Below the pieces are notes generated by a model that saw nothing but the letters and a program-made list of their open reading frames with translations, searched no databases and had not been told where the DNA came from. Below, piece by piece: positions 62,431 through 64,000 of a DNA stretch of 64,000 bases. Source of the DNA: Mustelus asterias (taxonomy: Eukaryota); NCBI RefSeq assembly GCF_964213995.1, contig NW_027591308.1:1-64000 (forward strand). Reading direction: 5' to 3'. Every line of letters begins with the position of its first letter. The stretch's first letter is position 1. Position numbers and translations under genes: made by a program.

Positions 62431-63509
62431 TGAGAATAGTGGTTCCTGTGGATTGAAGGAACGCATTGGTTAGGTTTTTGGAGTCGGACAGAGAGAGGAC
62501 ATGTCCCCTTTTCTTTGTTTTCTGCCATTTTGCTTTCGGCCCACGTCCAACCCATGATGCTCCTGGTGATGTCTTGCCCTTATATTTTGGCTTATTGTCT
62601 TCTTGTCTCCTGGGCCTTTTGCTTTTTTAAAAAATAAATATGATTACTCTTGTTTGCTTTTTCTTGTGCGGGATGGTGAATGGCGACGCAGTCAAAGTGT
62701 TTAAAATGACGCAGTCAAATGCAATTAAAATCTCGTGTGAGTGGAATTAAGGTGGGGTTGTGGGGAGAGAGGAGGGAAACAGAGTGATGGTCGAGTTCTG
62801 CCGTATTTAGGTGGTTGCGGGGAGGTAGTTGTTGAGGTGGTGTGTGTTGGCAGAGGGGGTGGTGAGGTTGGGGTTTATGTGTTTCTGTGCATTTGGGGTG
62901 AATCTTAAGGTAATATGTGTGCTGGAGAGTTTTTTGTGGGTTTCCTGGTTGGATAGGTTTTGTGTCTGTTGCTGAGTCAGACTCTGTTTTTTTTCCGGGG
63001 GTGGAGGGGGGGGGGTGCAGTTGGGTTTCGTGGTAGCAGGTGGGCGACTGAGGGGAGCTCAGAGGGTGGGGCGAAAAATTCCTGGGGCTTTCCTGATCGA
63101 GAAATTGGTGGTTATGTTGTGGTTTGAAGGGTGGTTTGTTGTCTTCCCATGTGTTGACATTTTCGCCTCTCGTGTCTGTCCGCTAGGGTGGGCGGGGTGA
63201 GAGGCTCCCGGACCAGTTGGGATGGAGTGACCTTTTATTTGTGAGTGTTTTATGTTGCGGTGGGCAGGAAGGTGTTGTGTGGATTTGCGTAGTGTGGGGG
63301 CATTGGTTGGCAGAGCGAGGGAGTCTAGGGACATCCTCGTTTATTTGGATGGTTTATGGGTTTCGCAGGAGGCAAGAACTTTCGGTAGTACAAAAATGGC
63401 TTATTTGACCAGTTAGTTATTTCTTAATTAGGATCCCAATAGGCTTATATTAACGATGCAATTAAGTTACTGTGAACGGGTACAGCGAGGGAGAATTTAT
63501 CACGGACAA

Positions 63510-63676
63510 TCCAGATAAAATACATATCTTTGGAGTATGGGAGGAAACCGGAGAACCTGGAGGAAACCCACGTAGACATGGGGAGAACGTGCGAACTCCG
63601 CACTGTGGTCCAAGTGAAGAATTTAGCCCGGTCTTTGGCGCTGTGAGGCAGCGGTGCCTACCGCTGTGTCACCGTC
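63510..63676 (-). mobile_element. HE1-like SINE, partial
   Basis: GGGAGGAAACCGGAG..GGAGGAAACCCACG..GCTGTGAGGCAGC. Confidence 0.8.
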
Positions 63677-64000
63677 CCGGCCCATAAATTAATGATTTCA
63701 CATGTATTTTATTATTTTAAAGTGATCCAGTGGGTTAGTTTTTGCCCTTGTGTGGAGAATTCATTTTGTCAGTGATATTGTGTTACTCTGTGTACAGGGT
63801 TCGTTCCATTGTTCAAGGTGATTCATGGAATATACGCATCCGCATGTTTAAGGGAGTGCCCTTTTCTTAGTTGGACGACTCATCCTTGTCCAGGTTTTTC
63901 CTATTGTTTCCGGTGATCGAATACTTAATGATTTGCATTTTTCCGAGACCTGCCCGTGGACCGTACAGAGTCGCCATCTGGCCAGTGTGCCCTCCATTTT

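Noticed and set aside
1-64000. CRISPR arrays, rRNA, prokaryotic operons, TCR D/J/C segments
   Set aside because: None seen; the sequence is vertebrate with spliceosomal introns, and no 12-RSS J motif or C exon was recognised

Overview
Eukaryotic, repeat-rich genomic DNA, almost certainly from a cartilaginous fish (shark). The evidence is HE1-type SINEs, shark-type CR1 LINEs and a GPR139-like gene of the elasmobranch-expanded type. The window looks like the edge, or an orphon block, of a T-cell receptor alpha/delta V region. It holds six V-type segments in two clumps (about 7.7-10.3 kb and 37.8-40.6 kb). One has an intact leader, V exon and 23-RSS; one is an open V exon with 23-RSS but no recognisable leader; the rest are pseudogenes. 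No D, J or C segments were seen. Interleaved with the V segments are a decayed tRNA cluster (one perfect tRNA-Arg-ACG and about 20 Val/Gln/Lys/Leu/Asn/Arg/Glu/Pro relics), an intact two-exon GPR139-like GPCR, an intron-containing 3-exon EMC4 fragment, a C2H2 zinc-finger pseudogene, an endogenous retrovirus pol/env remnant, many CR1/Rex1 LINE pieces and SINEs. Three observations stand out. (1) Two divergent CR1 families both place a U_UUA_AAC slippery heptamer in phase on the ORF1 stop, with ORF2 in the -1 frame (candidate programmed -1 frameshift). (2) Two tRNA-Pro genes of different anticodon carry 19-nt introns at the canonical 37/38 site. (3) Short TSD-flanked mobile elements carry minimal hammerhead ribozymes (Penelope-like). 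All calls are by eye; no database searches were run.
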